64,000 bases of DNA, taken from assembly GCA_964456005.1 (NCBI GenBank), contig CAYWBG010000001.1, positions 72 to 64,071 of the forward strand, given 5' to 3'. The notes below the pieces were generated by a model that did not search any database, was not told the DNA's origin, and saw nothing but the letters and a program-made list of their open reading frames with translations. This document shows positions 18,920 to 30,001 of this stretch, in pieces. How positions within the stretch are numbered: the first letter of the stretch is position 1; each line of letters opens with the position of its first letter. Made by a program: the position numbers and the translations under genes. The stretch comes from an uncultured Halomonas sp. (GTDB lineage: Bacteria; Pseudomonadota; Gammaproteobacteria; Pseudomonadales; Halomonadaceae).

Positions 18920-19231
18920 GTGAGCCTTTCGACTTTTGACAAGCTGCAGTCCCGCTTCGACGCCCAGGCCGCCAGCGGCATGGACGAGGTCTTCCAGTTC
19001 CACTTCAGCGATGCCGGCAGCCACCACCTGGTGGTCAATGATGGCACCCTGGACATCCGGGAGGGTGAACACGACGATCCCTCCGTCAGCCTGAACCTGA
19101 GCACCGAGACCCTCAAGGGCATCATGAGCGGCGAGGTCAACGGCATGACCGCCTTCATGACCGGCAAGCTCAAGGCCACCGGCAACGTGATGCTGGCCAC
19201 CCAGCTGACCCGCCTGTTTCCCAGCGGCTGA
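18920..19231 (+). CDS. SCP2 sterol/lipid-binding domain protein
   Basis: VFQF, G...GMTAFMTGKLKATGNVMLA; GTG start after AGGAG. Confidence 0.85.
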   Translation: MSLSTFDKLQSRFDAQAASGMDEVFQFHFSDAGSHHLVVNDGTLDIREGEHDDPSVSLNLSTETLKGIMSGEVNGMTAFMTGKLKATGNVMLATQLTRLFPSG

Positions 19232-19243
19232 TACCGGGCACGT

Positions 19244-20014
19244 TCAACGCGCCGCCACATCGGCCAGGTGGGTCTCGATCAGGGCCCGCGAAATCGAGTA
19301 GAGCGGCGGCAGCTGTGGCAAACGGCGGGGCGAGAACCAGGCGGCGTCGGCGATCTCCACGCCGTCGATGCGGATCCGCCGAGTGGCGGCCTCGGCGAAG
19401 TAGCCCAGCATCAGCGAGTGGGGAAAGGGCCAGGCCTGGCTGCGGAAATAGCGTAGCCGCCCCACCGTCAGGCCTACCTCCTCGAAGATTTCCCGACGCA
19501 CCGCTTCCTCGGCGGACTCCCCTGGCTCTATGAAGCCGGCCAGGGTCGAGTAGCGGCTGGGCGGAAAGCGCGGACTGCGTGCCAGCAGCAAGGCATCACC
19601 GTGAGTCACCAGAGTGATGATGCAGGGGGAGATGCGCGGATAGTTGCGGTGCCCGCAGCCCCGGCAGTGCATGGCAAATTCGGGGTCTAGTCGTTGGGCC
19701 GGCGCACCGCAGCGCCCGCAGAAGCGGTGGTCGCGCAGCCAGGCCCCCACTTGCAGTGCGGTGGAGATCAGCGGAAAAAGCGATTCAGGCAGCCGGGCCA
19801 GCCAGTCGCGGCCATCTAGCCAGGTTGGATCCGACGACTCCTCCAGGGATAGCGCCACCGGCATGTCGTGCCAGTAGCAGAGCGGCTGAAAGGCCGGCTC
19901 CCAGGGCTGTATCGGCTGCAGCAGACCACCATCCGGCGCCGGGGCAATGCGCCCCCGGGCCAGGCGAATCACATGGCCGGAGGTGGCCGCCAGGGGGAGG
20001 TCACGTCGCAGCAT
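19244..20014 (-). CDS. nudC: NAD(+)/NADH diphosphatase
   Basis: Zn ribbon HRFCGRCG...C..CG..NYPRISP, AGFIEPGES.EEAVRREIFEEVG, SQAWPFPHSLM. Confidence 0.93.
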   Translation of the reverse strand: MLRRDLPLAATSGHVIRLARGRIAPAPDGGLLQPIQPWEPAFQPLCYWHDMPVALSLEESSDPTWLDGRDWLARLPESLFPLISTALQVGAWLRDHRFCGRCGAPAQRLDPEFAMHCRGCGHRNYPRISPCIITLVTHGDALLLARSPRFPPSRYSTLAGFIEPGESAEEAVRREIFEEVGLTVGRLRYFRSQAWPFPHSLMLGYFAEAATRRIRIDGVEIADAAWFSPRRLPQLPPLYSISRALIETHLADVAAR

Positions 20015-20763
20015 CAGTGCGGCGTCTCCCCATCGAAACGATCCCAGTGGCACTCCCCGGCCACTTCACGGATGCTGGCAAGCTTGTTCCGGTGAGCGGC
20101 CAGTTCGGCTTCGTCGGGACGCCTCACGCGCAGCTGGCCCGGGGAGAGCGAGAGACGACGAATCGACAACCCGCCCCGCGATCCGCTCTCGCCATCACCG
20201 CCGGCCGAAGCATCCAGCGATAGCGCGGTTTGGCCACCGGTCATCGTCAGGTAAACATCGGCGAGGATCTCGGCGTCCAGCAGGGCGCCGTGCAGCACGC
20301 GGCGGCCGTTGTCGATGTCGTAGCGCTTGCAAAGGGCGTCAAGGTTGTTGCGTTGGCCGGGGTGCTTGTCGCGAGCCAGTTGCAGGGTGTCGAGGATACG
20401 ACAGTGCTCGGCCACCGGCCCCAGCCGCGGCTCGCCACGCGTACGATTGAGATGGTCGAACTCGTGATCGATGAACCCCACGTCGAAGGGCGCATTGTGG
20501 ATCACCAGTTCGGCACCTTCGATGAAGGCCCAGAACGCATCGGCGATCTCGGCAAAGACCGGCTCGTCGGCGACACGTTCGTTGGTGATACCGTGCACTG
20601 ACACCGCCTCGGCCTCGATCTCGCGCTCGGGATTGATGTACTGATGGTAGGTATTACCGGTGAGTCGGCGGTTGATCATCTCCACCGCGCCGATCTCTAT
20701 CAGGCGATGGCCCTCACGGGGATCGATGCCGGTAGTCTCGGTATCCAGAATGATCTGACGCAT
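20014..20763 (-). CDS. dnaQ: DNA polymerase III epsilon subunit
   Basis: MRQIILDTETTG, IHNAPFD, LHGALLDAEILADVYL.MTGGQ. Confidence 0.97.
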   Translation of the reverse strand: MRQIILDTETTGIDPREGHRLIEIGAVEMINRRLTGNTYHQYINPEREIEAEAVSVHGITNERVADEPVFAEIADAFWAFIEGAELVIHNAPFDVGFIDHEFDHLNRTRGEPRLGPVAEHCRILDTLQLARDKHPGQRNNLDALCKRYDIDNGRRVLHGALLDAEILADVYLTMTGGQTALSLDASAGGDGESGSRGGLSIRRLSLSPGQLRVRRPDEAELAAHRNKLASIREVAGECHWDRFDGETPH

Positions 20764-20811
20764 GCTCGGATCTCTCGTCTCGGGCGTGGAAGGCGGGGTG
20801 GCGAATCAGGG

Positions 20812-21282
20812 TCAGGCGCGGACGGTGTGCTCATCGATGGCCTGGTTGGCCAGCTGGTCGGCCCGCTCATTGCCCGGGTGACCGCTGTGCCCCTTCACCC
20901 AGTGCCATTCGATGCGATGGCGGTGGGTCTCCTCGTGGAGCTCGCGCCACAACTCTGCGTTCTTCACGGGCTGCTTGCCTGCCGTCTTCCAGCCGCGCTT
21001 GATCCAGTTGTGGATCCACTCTGTAATGCCGCGACGGAGGTACTCGGAGTCGGTCCACAGCTGAACGCGGCAGGGTCGTTTGAGCTCGCGCAGGGCCATG
21101 ATCGCCGCCATCAACTCCATGCGGTTATTGGTAGTCCTCGCCTCGAAGCCGCTCAGTGCCTTCTCATGGCTCCCGCTCGACAGTAGAGCCCCCCATCCCC
21201 CTGGGCCCGGGTTCCCGCGGCAGGCGCCGTCGGTATAGATGATCACCTCGGAAAGCGAGGTGGGGTCTTGGGAATCAGTCAC
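20812..21282 (-). CDS. rnhA: Ribonuclease HI
   Basis: [42 protein letters not shown]. Confidence 0.97.
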   Translation of the reverse strand: MTDSQDPTSLSEVIIYTDGACRGNPGPGGWGALLSSGSHEKALSGFEARTTNNRMELMAAIMALRELKRPCRVQLWTDSEYLRRGITEWIHNWIKRGWKTAGKQPVKNAELWRELHEETHRHRIEWHWVKGHSGHPGNERADQLANQAIDEHTVRA

Positions 21283-22057
21283 CCTCGGTCACCCTTTCCT
21301 GATCCGACTCGAAGCGTTGCGCCTGGCGCGTAGCGCCCAGGGCGGAGCCGCCGAGGGGCCTGGTGAATCTGAGACGCGGCCCCTGGGGCTGCACCAGCTG
21401 TGAGCGGCGTCGAGCCCGGATCATGTAACTGTCCCCTAGCGGCAAGTTGTGACGCCGCCCCAGGGTCTCGAGCCTGGCATTGCACGGCTGGCTGCCGGGC
21501 AGATGAAAGCCGCAATAGTCTACCCGCTCGATCTCGAAGTCGACAAACGCTAGCCAGTCCCGCAACCGAGCCGGCGTGCGCCAGTGTCCGCACCAGGGCA
21601 GGCGATTGCGGCGCCCCGGCAAGGCACGGGATAGCGCCGCCGGTGACAGCGGCATCCAGCCGAAGATGATCAAATACCCCTCGTCGGCAGTGACCCGAGC
21701 CGCCTCCTGAAGGGTACGGTGGGGGTCGGGCACCACCTCGAGCAGGTGATGGATGATCACTAGGCTCAGGCAGTCATCGGGCAGCGGCAGTGCATCCGGC
21801 GGACACACCAGGGTCGCGGGTTGTTCTGCAAGCTCCCGTGTAGGGGTCCAGCGCATGGCGTGGCGCACCGGGCACATGTCGGCGAGCGTGCCGGCCATGC
21901 CCAGCTCCAGACTGTGGGCACCGAAGACCCTCTCGCATACCGGCCCCAGGCAGGCCCGCTCGGCCTGGTGCAGGGTGCGGCCAGAGGAACTGGCCCAGAA
22001 ACGGCGGCCATCGCGTACCAGGCTGGCAAGAGAGTTCGCGCTTGGCGAAGTTGACAT
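21275..22057 (-). CDS. Class I SAM-dependent methyltransferase, YafS-like
   Basis: LP.PDD, H.LE...DPH..L.EA.RV; conserved position between rnhA and gloB. Confidence 0.8.
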   Translation of the reverse strand: MSTSPSANSLASLVRDGRRFWASSSGRTLHQAERACLGPVCERVFGAHSLELGMAGTLADMCPVRHAMRWTPTRELAEQPATLVCPPDALPLPDDCLSLVIIHHLLEVVPDPHRTLQEAARVTADEGYLIIFGWMPLSPAALSRALPGRRNRLPWCGHWRTPARLRDWLAFVDFEIERVDYCGFHLPGSQPCNARLETLGRRHNLPLGDSYMIRARRRSQLVQPQGPRLRFTRPLGGSALGATRQAQRFESDQERVTEGD

Positions 22058-22125
22058 GCTGCGTTCATACCTCCATGGTGGGCGGATTTTGTGAACTGTT
22101 CATGCCCATTCAGGACGCCATGCCC

Positions 22126-22893
22126 ATGCTGAGCGTGACACCGATTCCCGCATTTGGCGATAACTATATCTGGCTGCTGCGCCAGGATACGAGCACCGAC
22201 GTGTGTGTCGTGGACCCGGGGGATGCCGCGCCGGTCATTGAGTTCCTCGAGCGCGAAGGGCTAACGCTGTCCACGGTGCTGATCACCCACCACCATCAAG
22301 ACCATACCGGTGGTCTGGCATCGCTGATTCAGCGCTACACACCGCGAGTCATCGGTCCCGCCAACCCCAAGATCGACGGTATCGACGAGGCCGTGGGTGA
22401 CGGCGATGAATTTCGCGTCATGGGGAGGCTATTCGAGGTACATGAGGTGCCGGGGCATACCCTGGACCACATCGCCTTCTTCACCGCCGGCATTCCGCCG
22501 CTTCTGTTCTGCGGCGATACCCTTTTCAGTGCCGGCTGCGGCCGACTCTTCGAGGGCTCGCCCGAACAGATGCACGCCTCCCTGGAGCGGCTGACGGCTC
22601 TGCCCGATGACACCTTGGTGTTCGCCGCCCACGAGTATACCCTGGCCAACCTTCGTTTCGCGTTGGCCGCGGACCCCCACAATCCGGATGTGGTTCAGGC
22701 CATGGAGGAGTGCCAGCGCGCGCGGGAGCTCGATCGTCCCACGTTGCCGAGCACCCTGGGCCGGGAAAAACGCATCAATCCCTTTCTTCGCCATGCCACG
22801 GCAGGCGTTCGACAGGCGGCGTCTGCACATGGCGATACCGACAGCGACCTGGCGACCTTCGCCACGCTGCGCGCCTGGAAAGACAACTTCTGA
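22126..22893 (+). CDS. gloB: Hydroxyacylglutathione hydrolase (glyoxalase II)
   Basis: PAFGDNYIW, THHHQDHTGG, PGHTLDH, FCGDTLFSAGCGRLFEG, AHEYT. Confidence 0.95.
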   Translation: MLSVTPIPAFGDNYIWLLRQDTSTDVCVVDPGDAAPVIEFLEREGLTLSTVLITHHHQDHTGGLASLIQRYTPRVIGPANPKIDGIDEAVGDGDEFRVMGRLFEVHEVPGHTLDHIAFFTAGIPPLLFCGDTLFSAGCGRLFEGSPEQMHASLERLTALPDDTLVFAAHEYTLANLRFALAADPHNPDVVQAMEECQRARELDRPTLPSTLGREKRINPFLRHATAGVRQAASAHGDTDSDLATFATLRAWKDNF

Positions 22894-22972
22894 ACCACAC
22901 CCAATGGACGCCAACGCAGCCCGGCCACACACTTACCGGGTTCAACCGCGGCCATAGGAGGATATCGACCGG

Positions 22973-24166
22973 ATGACCTACCACACGACCCGTCGCAGTC
23001 TCATGGGACTGGCCAGCGCGGCCGCCCTTCTGGGCTCTCTGATGGCTGCCGGCACCTACAGCCAGGCGGCCACCCTGCCGTCCGGAAGCGCCAAGACGGG
23101 TGGAGGCGCAGCCGAGCATGCGAGCTCGCGGCTCTCGTTCAACCAGCACTTCTGGGATGCCCTGGCGCTGGAGCCTCGAGATGCCTGGAGCCGACTCCGC
23201 GACAGCTTCCAGTGGCAGGACGAACCCAACAATGAACGGGTAGCGCACTGGATCGACCACTACCGTTCCAGCCCCGAGAACATTGTCGAAATCACCGAAC
23301 GTGCCCGACCCTGGCTGGCCTGGATCATCGAACAGGTCGAAGAACGCGGGCTGCCCGGCGAGATCGCCCTGGTTCCCTTCGTCGAGAGCTCCTTCGACCC
23401 CATGGCGCGCAGCCACCGCGGCGCCGCCGGTCTGTGGCAGTTCATGCCGGGTACCGGTGATGCCCTGGGCCTGCGCCGCAACGGCGCCTACGACGGCCGA
23501 CTCGACGTCGTCGCCTCTACCCGGGCTGCCCTGGATTACATCGAGATGCAGGCCGACCAGTGGTATGAGGGCGATCTGGAGCTCTCCCTGGCGGCCTATA
23601 ATGCTGGCGCCGGCACCGTCAACCGGGCTCGTCGTGGGGCACAGTCCCGAGGTGATAGCGGCGACTACTGGAGTTTGCGGCTGCCCAACGAGACCATGAA
23701 CTATGTCCCCAAGCTCAAGGCCATCGCGGCCATCATCGATGAGCCTGACGAGTACCAGGTCGCCCTACCCGAGATCGAGGATGCTCAGGCCTTTGCCAAG
23801 ATCCCGCTGGAGCGCTCGATGGAACTTGGCGAAGCGGCGCGCATGGCCGGGGCGTCACGCAGCGAGCTGGCCGAACTCAACCCCGGCCTGATCGGTGGCA
23901 CAGCACACCCCCACCAGTCGCGAGTACTGCTGGTCCCCCTCGAACGAGCCGACACCCTAATGGCCAGCCTGGAGGGTACGGCAGCGGATCCCGGCACCAG
24001 CGCAGATGAAGGCTATGTGGTGCGCAGCGGTGACAGTCTCTCGGCCATCGCCTCGCGTCAGGGGATCAGCGTGGCAGACATTCGCCAGCACAATGACTTG
24101 AACGGCGACACGATTCACGCCGGCCAGGTGTTGGAACTTCCACAGCGCAGCCTGGCTTCCCGCTGA
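22973..24166 (+). CDS. mltD: Lytic murein transglycosylase D (SLT + LysM)
   Basis: VESSF, AAGLWQFMP.TG, LAAYNAG, LP.ET.NYVPK; C-terminal LysM YVVRSGDSLSAIA. Confidence 0.88.
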   Translation: MTYHTTRRSLMGLASAAALLGSLMAAGTYSQAATLPSGSAKTGGGAAEHASSRLSFNQHFWDALALEPRDAWSRLRDSFQWQDEPNNERVAHWIDHYRSSPENIVEITERARPWLAWIIEQVEERGLPGEIALVPFVESSFDPMARSHRGAAGLWQFMPGTGDALGLRRNGAYDGRLDVVASTRAALDYIEMQADQWYEGDLELSLAAYNAGAGTVNRARRGAQSRGDSGDYWSLRLPNETMNYVPKLKAIAAIIDEPDEYQVALPEIEDAQAFAKIPLERSMELGEAARMAGASRSELAELNPGLIGGTAHPHQSRVLLVPLERADTLMASLEGTAADPGTSADEGYVVRSGDSLSAIASRQGISVADIRQHNDLNGDTIHAGQVLELPQRSLASR

Positions 24167-24171
24167 TCTCA

Positions 24172-24196
24172 GCCGGGAGGAATCTCTCCTCCCGGC
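24172..24196. other. Intergenic hairpin after mltD
   Basis: GCCGGGAGGA-ATCTC-TCCTCCCGGC, no U-tract. Confidence 0.45.
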
Positions 24197-24279
24197 AGAG
24201 GTTTACAGGGGAGCGGTGTCCTGACACCTCACTTTTCGTATTTCCCTGCCGGGAACGGAGCCAAATCAGGATACCCTCG

Positions 24280-26139
24280 ATGTCCCATACCCTGCGCCGC
24301 CTGCTGCTCAGTACGCTACTCACCCTGAGTGGCACCTTTCTCGCCGCTAGCGTCCTGGCAGATGACGACATGGTTCCCGCCGAGGCGGTATCGACCGTGC
24401 ACGGGCTTTCCCTCTACGATGCGCCCGACTTGCCGGAGGGGTTTGCCCACTTCCCACACGTCAACCCGCAGGCACCCAGGGGGGGAAGCCTGACCCAGGC
24501 GGCGGTGGGGGGGAGCTTCGACTCCACGAATCCCTTTATCATCCGCGGCACCCCGGCGGCCGGTGTCTCACAGATCTACGACACCCTGCTAGAATCCAAT
24601 CCCGGGGAGCCCTTCTCACTCTATGGACTGCTGGCCGAAGGCATCCGCCTAGATCCCGATCGCCACTGGATCGAATTCGACCTGCGCCCCGAGGCACGCT
24701 TCCACGATGGCGAGCCAGTCACCGCCCGGGACGTGGTGTTCAGTTTCGAACTGCTGACCGAGCAGGGTAATCCCTTCTACGGGGCCTACTATGCCGACGT
24801 GGCAGCCGTCACGGCGCTTGATGATCACACTGTACGCTTCGCGTTCAGTGCCAATCACTCCCGGGAACTGCCCTTGATCGTCGGCCAGCTGCCGGTGCTG
24901 CCCGAGCACTACTGGGCGGAGCGTGACTTCACCTCGCCTACCCTGGCACGTCATCCCGGCTCGGGCCCCTACCGCATCGCCGAGGTCGATCCAGGACGGC
25001 GCATCGTCTACGCCCGCGATCCCGACTATTGGGGGCGAGACCTGCCGGTGAAGCGTGGTCGCCACAATATCGACCGTCTGGTCCACGACTACTACCGCGA
25101 CCGGGACATCGCCTGGGAAGCCTTCAAGGCCGGCGTCATGGACTATCGGGTCGACGCTCGCGCCGCCACCTGGGCCATAGGCTACGACTTTCCCGCCTAC
25201 CGCGATGGGCTGGTGCGCCGCCTCAGCGTGCCCGATGGCCAACCGGCCCGCATGCAGGCCTTCGTCTTCAACCTACGGCGCGACAAGTTCACCGACCCCA
25301 GGGTGCGCGAGGCCCTGGCGCTCACTTTCGATTTCCCCTGGCTCAATGCCAATATCTTCTACGACGCCTATCAGCGCACCGAGAGCTTCTTCCAGAATTC
25401 CGAAATGGCCGCCGAGGGCCTCCCCGAAGGGGCCGAGCTGGCACTGCTCGAGCCCCATCGCGAGGCTCTGCCCGAGCGGGTGTTCGAGGAGCCGGTCCCC
25501 ATCGACCACCCCGATGCCCTCCGCGAGCGGCTGCGACTCGCCCTAGAACTACTGCGTGACGCGGGTTACGAGGTGGAGAACGGCCGCCTCGCCCACGGCG
25601 ACACAGGTGAGACTCTGAGCGTTGAGGTGCTACTTTTCGATACCGGCATGGAGCGCGTGACCCAGCCGATGCTGCGCAACATGTCGCGGCTCGGGATCGA
25701 GGGCAGCATCCGCATCGTCGACATCAACCAGTTCCTCAACCGGCTGCGCCGCTTCGATTTCGACATGACGGTCGGCCAGTTCCCCCAATCCAACAACCCT
25801 GGCAACGAGCAGCGCGAGTTCTGGACCAGTGACTTTGCCGAGAGCCCCCAGAGTCGTAACCTGATGGGGCTGGCCAACCCGGTGGTGGATGACCTGGTGG
25901 AGCGCCTGATCCGCGCCGAGAGTCGCGAGGAGCTCAATACCATCACCCGCGCCCTGGACCGAGTGCTGCTGCATGAGCACATCGTGATTCCCCACTACCA
26001 CTCCGGCGAGACTCGCATCGCGGTCTGGGACAAGTTCGCCTGGCCCGAGCCCTTTCCGGAATACGGCATGGATCTGGACGCCTGGTGGGTCGACGCCGAG
26101 CGCGAAGCCGAGATCAACCAGCGCCTGCGACGCCGCTGA
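24280..26139 (+). CDS. yejA: Peptide ABC transporter substrate-binding protein
   Basis: HF.HVNP.AP.GG, FDS.NPFI.RG, SLYGLLAE, PGNEQREFW. Confidence 0.9.
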   Translation: MSHTLRRLLLSTLLTLSGTFLAASVLADDDMVPAEAVSTVHGLSLYDAPDLPEGFAHFPHVNPQAPRGGSLTQAAVGGSFDSTNPFIIRGTPAAGVSQIYDTLLESNPGEPFSLYGLLAEGIRLDPDRHWIEFDLRPEARFHDGEPVTARDVVFSFELLTEQGNPFYGAYYADVAAVTALDDHTVRFAFSANHSRELPLIVGQLPVLPEHYWAERDFTSPTLARHPGSGPYRIAEVDPGRRIVYARDPDYWGRDLPVKRGRHNIDRLVHDYYRDRDIAWEAFKAGVMDYRVDARAATWAIGYDFPAYRDGLVRRLSVPDGQPARMQAFVFNLRRDKFTDPRVREALALTFDFPWLNANIFYDAYQRTESFFQNSEMAAEGLPEGAELALLEPHREALPERVFEEPVPIDHPDALRERLRLALELLRDAGYEVENGRLAHGDTGETLSVEVLLFDTGMERVTQPMLRNMSRLGIEGSIRIVDINQFLNRLRRFDFDMTVGQFPQSNNPGNEQREFWTSDFAESPQSRNLMGLANPVVDDLVERLIRAESREELNTITRALDRVLLHEHIVIPHYHSGETRIAVWDKFAWPEPFPEYGMDLDAWWVDAEREAEINQRLRRR

Positions 26140-26175
26140 CGCCCCCTAACGACGCCGAGACAAGGACGACGCCAC

Positions 26176-27249
26176 GTGAGCCGCTACATACTGCGCCGGC
26201 TGTTGCTGATGATCCCCACCCTGCTGGGGATCATGCTGCTCAACTTCGTCATCGTGCAGGCCGCCCCGGGCGGGCCCATCGACCAGATGCTGGCACGCTT
26301 CGAGGGCATCGACAGTATGGCCAGCACACGCCTGGATGCGGGCGGCGGCGATGTGGTGGTGCGCGACGAGTCGCGGGGCTCTCGGGGAGTGGACCCGCAG
26401 TTCATCGAGCAGCTCGAAGCCCAGTTCGGCTTCGACCAACCCGCCCACCTGCGCTTCCTGGGCATGATCGGCGACTACGCCACCTTCGATTTCGGCAACA
26501 GCTTCTTCCGCGACCGACCGGTCGTGGAATTGATGATCGAGCGGCTGCCCGTCTCGGTGTCACTGGGGCTGTGGACCACGCTGCTGGTCTACCTGATCTC
26601 CATTCCCCTTGGGATCCGTAAGGCCCTGCGACACGGCTCCCGCTTCGACGTCTGGACCTCAGGGCTGGTCATCGTCGGCTATGCCATCCCCGGTTTCCTG
26701 TTTGCCATCCTGCTGATCGTCCTGTTCGCCGGCGGCAGCTACTGGGACCTCTTCCCGCTGCGTGGTCTCACCTCCCCAGACTTCGACGAGCTTTCGGCCT
26801 GGGGCAAGGTCAAGGACTACTTCTGGCACATCACCCTGCCGGTGGTGGCCATGACCATCGGCAGCTTCGCTACCCTGACCATGCTGACCAAGAACAGCTT
26901 CCTCGACGAGATCCACAAGCAGTACGTGCTCACCGCCCGGGCCAAGGGAGCCAGCGATGGTCAGACGCTCTACGGCCATGTGTTCCGCAACGCCATGCTG
27001 ATCATCATCGCCGGCCTGCCCGGAGCGCTGGTCACCATCTTCTTCACCGGCTCGCTGCTGATCGAGGTGATCTTCTCGCTCGAGGGGCTCGGCCTGCTCG
27101 GCTTCGAAGCGGTCATGCAGCGCGACTACCCGGTGATCTTCGGCACCCTCTATCTCTATACGCTGATTGGCCTGATCCTCAAGCTGATCTCCGACCTTAC
27201 CTATGTGTGGGTCGACCCGCGCATCGACTTCGAGACACGGGAGTCCTGA
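26176..27249 (+). CDS. yejB: Peptide ABC transporter permease
   Basis: [45 protein letters not shown]. Confidence 0.93.
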   Translation: MSRYILRRLLLMIPTLLGIMLLNFVIVQAAPGGPIDQMLARFEGIDSMASTRLDAGGGDVVVRDESRGSRGVDPQFIEQLEAQFGFDQPAHLRFLGMIGDYATFDFGNSFFRDRPVVELMIERLPVSVSLGLWTTLLVYLISIPLGIRKALRHGSRFDVWTSGLVIVGYAIPGFLFAILLIVLFAGGSYWDLFPLRGLTSPDFDELSAWGKVKDYFWHITLPVVAMTIGSFATLTMLTKNSFLDEIHKQYVLTARAKGASDGQTLYGHVFRNAMLIIIAGLPGALVTIFFTGSLLIEVIFSLEGLGLLGFEAVMQRDYPVIFGTLYLYTLIGLILKLISDLTYVWVDPRIDFETRES

Positions 27250-27253
27250 GCCG

Positions 27254-28351
27254 ATGGCCTCTCCGCTATTCACGACAATGGCCGAACGCTTCTCGCCCAT
27301 TACCCGCCGGCGCTTCGGCGTCTTCCGTGCCAACCGTCGCGCCTGGGTCTCGCTGTGGCTATTCGCGGCGCTGTTCGCTATCAGCCTGGTTGCCGAGCTG
27401 ATCGCCAACGACAAGCCGCTGGTGATGAAATACGACGGCCAGTGGTATGTTCCCCTGCTGGTGGACTACCCGGAAACCGAGTTCGGCGGCTTCCTGCCGA
27501 CGCGGACGGACTACCATGACCCCTTCGTTCAGGCGCAGATCGATGATCACGGCTGGGCGCTCTGGCCGCCGATCCCGTTCTCTTACCAGACCTTGGACAT
27601 GCAGATGATGCGCCCCTCCCCGGCACCCCCCGACGCGCGTCACTGGCTTGGTACCGACGACCAGGGACGTGATGTGCTGGCGAGAGTGATCTACGGCTTC
27701 CGGCTGTCGGTCTTCTTCGCCCTGGTGCTTACCGCCGGCTCCCTGGTGATGGGGGTGGTCATCGGCGGCATCCAGGGCTACTTCGGCGGCAAGACCGACC
27801 TGATCGGCCAACGTCTCACCGAGATCTGGTCGGGGCTACCGGTGCTCTTCCTGCTGATCATCCTGGCAAGCTTCGTGCAGCCCGGCTTCTGGTGGCTGCT
27901 GGGTATCATGCTGCTGTTCTCCTGGCTGGGACTGGTCGACGTGGTCCGCGCCGAGTTCCTGCGCGCCCGCAACCTGGAGTACGTGCGCGCCGCCAAGGCC
28001 ATGGGGCTCACACCGCCGCTGATCATGTGGCGCCATGTGCTGCCCAACGCCATGGTGGCGACCCTAACCTTCATCCCCTTCCTGTTTACCGGGGCGATCA
28101 CCACCCTCACCGCTTTGGACTTCCTGGGCTTCGGCCTGCCTCCGGGCTCGCCGTCGCTGGGAGAACTGGTGGCTCAGGGCAAGAACAACCTGCATGCCCC
28201 CTGGCTCGGCATCACCGCCTTCGTCAGCCTGTCGCTGATGCTCTCGCTGCTGGTGTTCATCGGCGAGGGGCTGCGCGACGCCTTCGACCCACGCCATATC
28301 CAGTATGCCGCCCCCCCTGTACCGCTGCCGAGGAACCCGCGTGATGCCTGA
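27254..28351 (+). CDS. yejE: Peptide ABC transporter permease (alternative start 27278)
   Basis: AELIANDKP, WLGTDDQGRDVLAR.IYGFR, VRAEFLR.RN.EYV. Confidence 0.92.
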   Translation: MASPLFTTMAERFSPITRRRFGVFRANRRAWVSLWLFAALFAISLVAELIANDKPLVMKYDGQWYVPLLVDYPETEFGGFLPTRTDYHDPFVQAQIDDHGWALWPPIPFSYQTLDMQMMRPSPAPPDARHWLGTDDQGRDVLARVIYGFRLSVFFALVLTAGSLVMGVVIGGIQGYFGGKTDLIGQRLTEIWSGLPVLFLLIILASFVQPGFWWLLGIMLLFSWLGLVDVVRAEFLRARNLEYVRAAKAMGLTPPLIMWRHVLPNAMVATLTFIPFLFTGAITTLTALDFLGFGLPPGSPSLGELVAQGKNNLHAPWLGITAFVSLSLMLSLLVFIGEGLRDAFDPRHIQYAAPPVPLPRNPRDA

Positions 28352-29930
28352 CACCAGCGCCGACCTGTTGCGCCTCGATGACCTGACTATCGCCTTCGAC
28401 GGCGTCACGGTCGTCGACCGGCTCTCGCTGCGGATATGCCGCGGCGAGACCCTGGCCCTGGTGGGCGAATCCGGCTCCGGAAAGTCCGTCTCTGCACTGG
28501 GTGCCATGAACCTATTGCCCGACAATGCCAGGATTGAGGGAGGACGCTGGCTCGGCGACACCGATCTGACCCGTCTACGCAAGCGTGACTGGCAGGGTCT
28601 GCGTGGCGGTCGGGTGGGATTTGTCTTTCAGGAGCCGATGACCTCGCTGAATCCACTGCATACCGTGGCCCGCCAGGTCGGCGAGACCCTGCGCCTGCAC
28701 CAGGGGCTTTCCGGCCGGGCTGCGCGGGAACGCGCTCGGGAGCTGCTTATTCAGGTCAAGCTGCCGCGACCCGAGGAACTGTTGGACGCCTGGCCCCACC
28801 AGCTCTCCGGTGGCCAACGACAGCGGGTGATGATCGCCATGGCCATCGCCAATGATCCACACCTGCTGATCGCCGACGAGCCCACCACGGCGCTGGACGT
28901 CACCGTCCAGCAGGAGATCCTGGCGCTGCTGGCCGAGCTGCGTGATCGTCACGGCATGGGCATGCTGTTTATCACCCACGACCTCAACCTCGTCCGTCGC
29001 CATGCCGATAGGGTCTGCGTGCTCTTCCAGGGCCGCGAGCAGGAGACCGGGCCAGTCGACCAGGTCTTCGCCTCCCCGCGCAGCCCCTATACCCGCCTGC
29101 TGATCGACGCCGAGCCCGAGGGGCGCCCGGCACCGGCCGGGCGTGGATCCGCGCTGATGCAGGCCCGCCAGCTCGGCGTGCGCTTCCCGCGACCCAAGCG
29201 GCTGTTCGCGCGGCGTCCGCCTGCCTTCGAGGCAGTGAAGCCTCTGGATCTGCACCTCGCGCCGGGCGAGACCCTGGGCATCGTCGGGGAATCCGGCTCC
29301 GGCAAGACCACCCTGGCCCTGGCGTTATTACGCCTCACCGAGAGCCATGGCGAGATCACCTTTGGCGAGGCGCGTCTCGACCGCCTTACCGGCAAGTCCC
29401 TGCGCCGCCACCGTCGGCGTATCCAGGTGGTCTTCCAGGACCCCTACGGCTCTCTCTCACCGCGCTTGCCTGTGTCGGAGGTGATAAGCGAGGGACTGCG
29501 CTTCCACTATCCCGAGCTTACCGAAGAGGAGGTCGTGCGCCGTGTCCAGGCCACGCTGAAAGAGGTCGGCCTGCCCGAGGACTGCGCCTCACGCTATCCT
29601 CACGAATTCTCCGGCGGCCAGCGCCAGCGTATCGCCGTGGCCCGGGCCATCATCTTGGAGCCAGAATTGCTGGTGCTGGACGAGCCAACCTCGGCGTTGG
29701 ACCGCACCGTGCAGAAACAGCTAGTGGAACTGCTGCGCGATCTTCAGGCTCGACGCGGACTCAGCTACCTGTTCATCAGCCACGATCTGGCGGTAGTGCG
29801 GGCCATGGCTCACCGCGTCATGGTGTTGCGTGAGGGCGAGGTAGTCGAACAGGGTGACTGCCTGGATGTGTTGGAGAACCCCCGTAGCGACTATACTCGC
29901 GCCCTAGTGCAGTCTGCGGGGCTGAGCTAA
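28344..29930 (+). CDS. yejF: Peptide ABC transporter ATP-binding protein (two NBDs)
   Basis: Two Walker A motifs (GESGSGKS and GESGSGKT), LSGGQRQR and FSGGQRQR signatures, DEPT. Confidence 0.92.
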   Translation: MPDTSADLLRLDDLTIAFDGVTVVDRLSLRICRGETLALVGESGSGKSVSALGAMNLLPDNARIEGGRWLGDTDLTRLRKRDWQGLRGGRVGFVFQEPMTSLNPLHTVARQVGETLRLHQGLSGRAARERARELLIQVKLPRPEELLDAWPHQLSGGQRQRVMIAMAIANDPHLLIADEPTTALDVTVQQEILALLAELRDRHGMGMLFITHDLNLVRRHADRVCVLFQGREQETGPVDQVFASPRSPYTRLLIDAEPEGRPAPAGRGSALMQARQLGVRFPRPKRLFARRPPAFEAVKPLDLHLAPGETLGIVGESGSGKTTLALALLRLTESHGEITFGEARLDRLTGKSLRRHRRRIQVVFQDPYGSLSPRLPVSEVISEGLRFHYPELTEEEVVRRVQATLKEVGLPEDCASRYPHEFSGGQRQRIAVARAIILEPELLVLDEPTSALDRTVQKQLVELLRDLQARRGLSYLFISHDLAVVRAMAHRVMVLREGEVVEQGDCLDVLENPRSDYTRALVQSAGLS

Positions 29931-30001
29931 CTTCCCCTTCCTTTTCCACCATCGGCTCAGTCGGTTCCATTATACAGAGAATAGGAAGGTAACGGTATAA
30001 A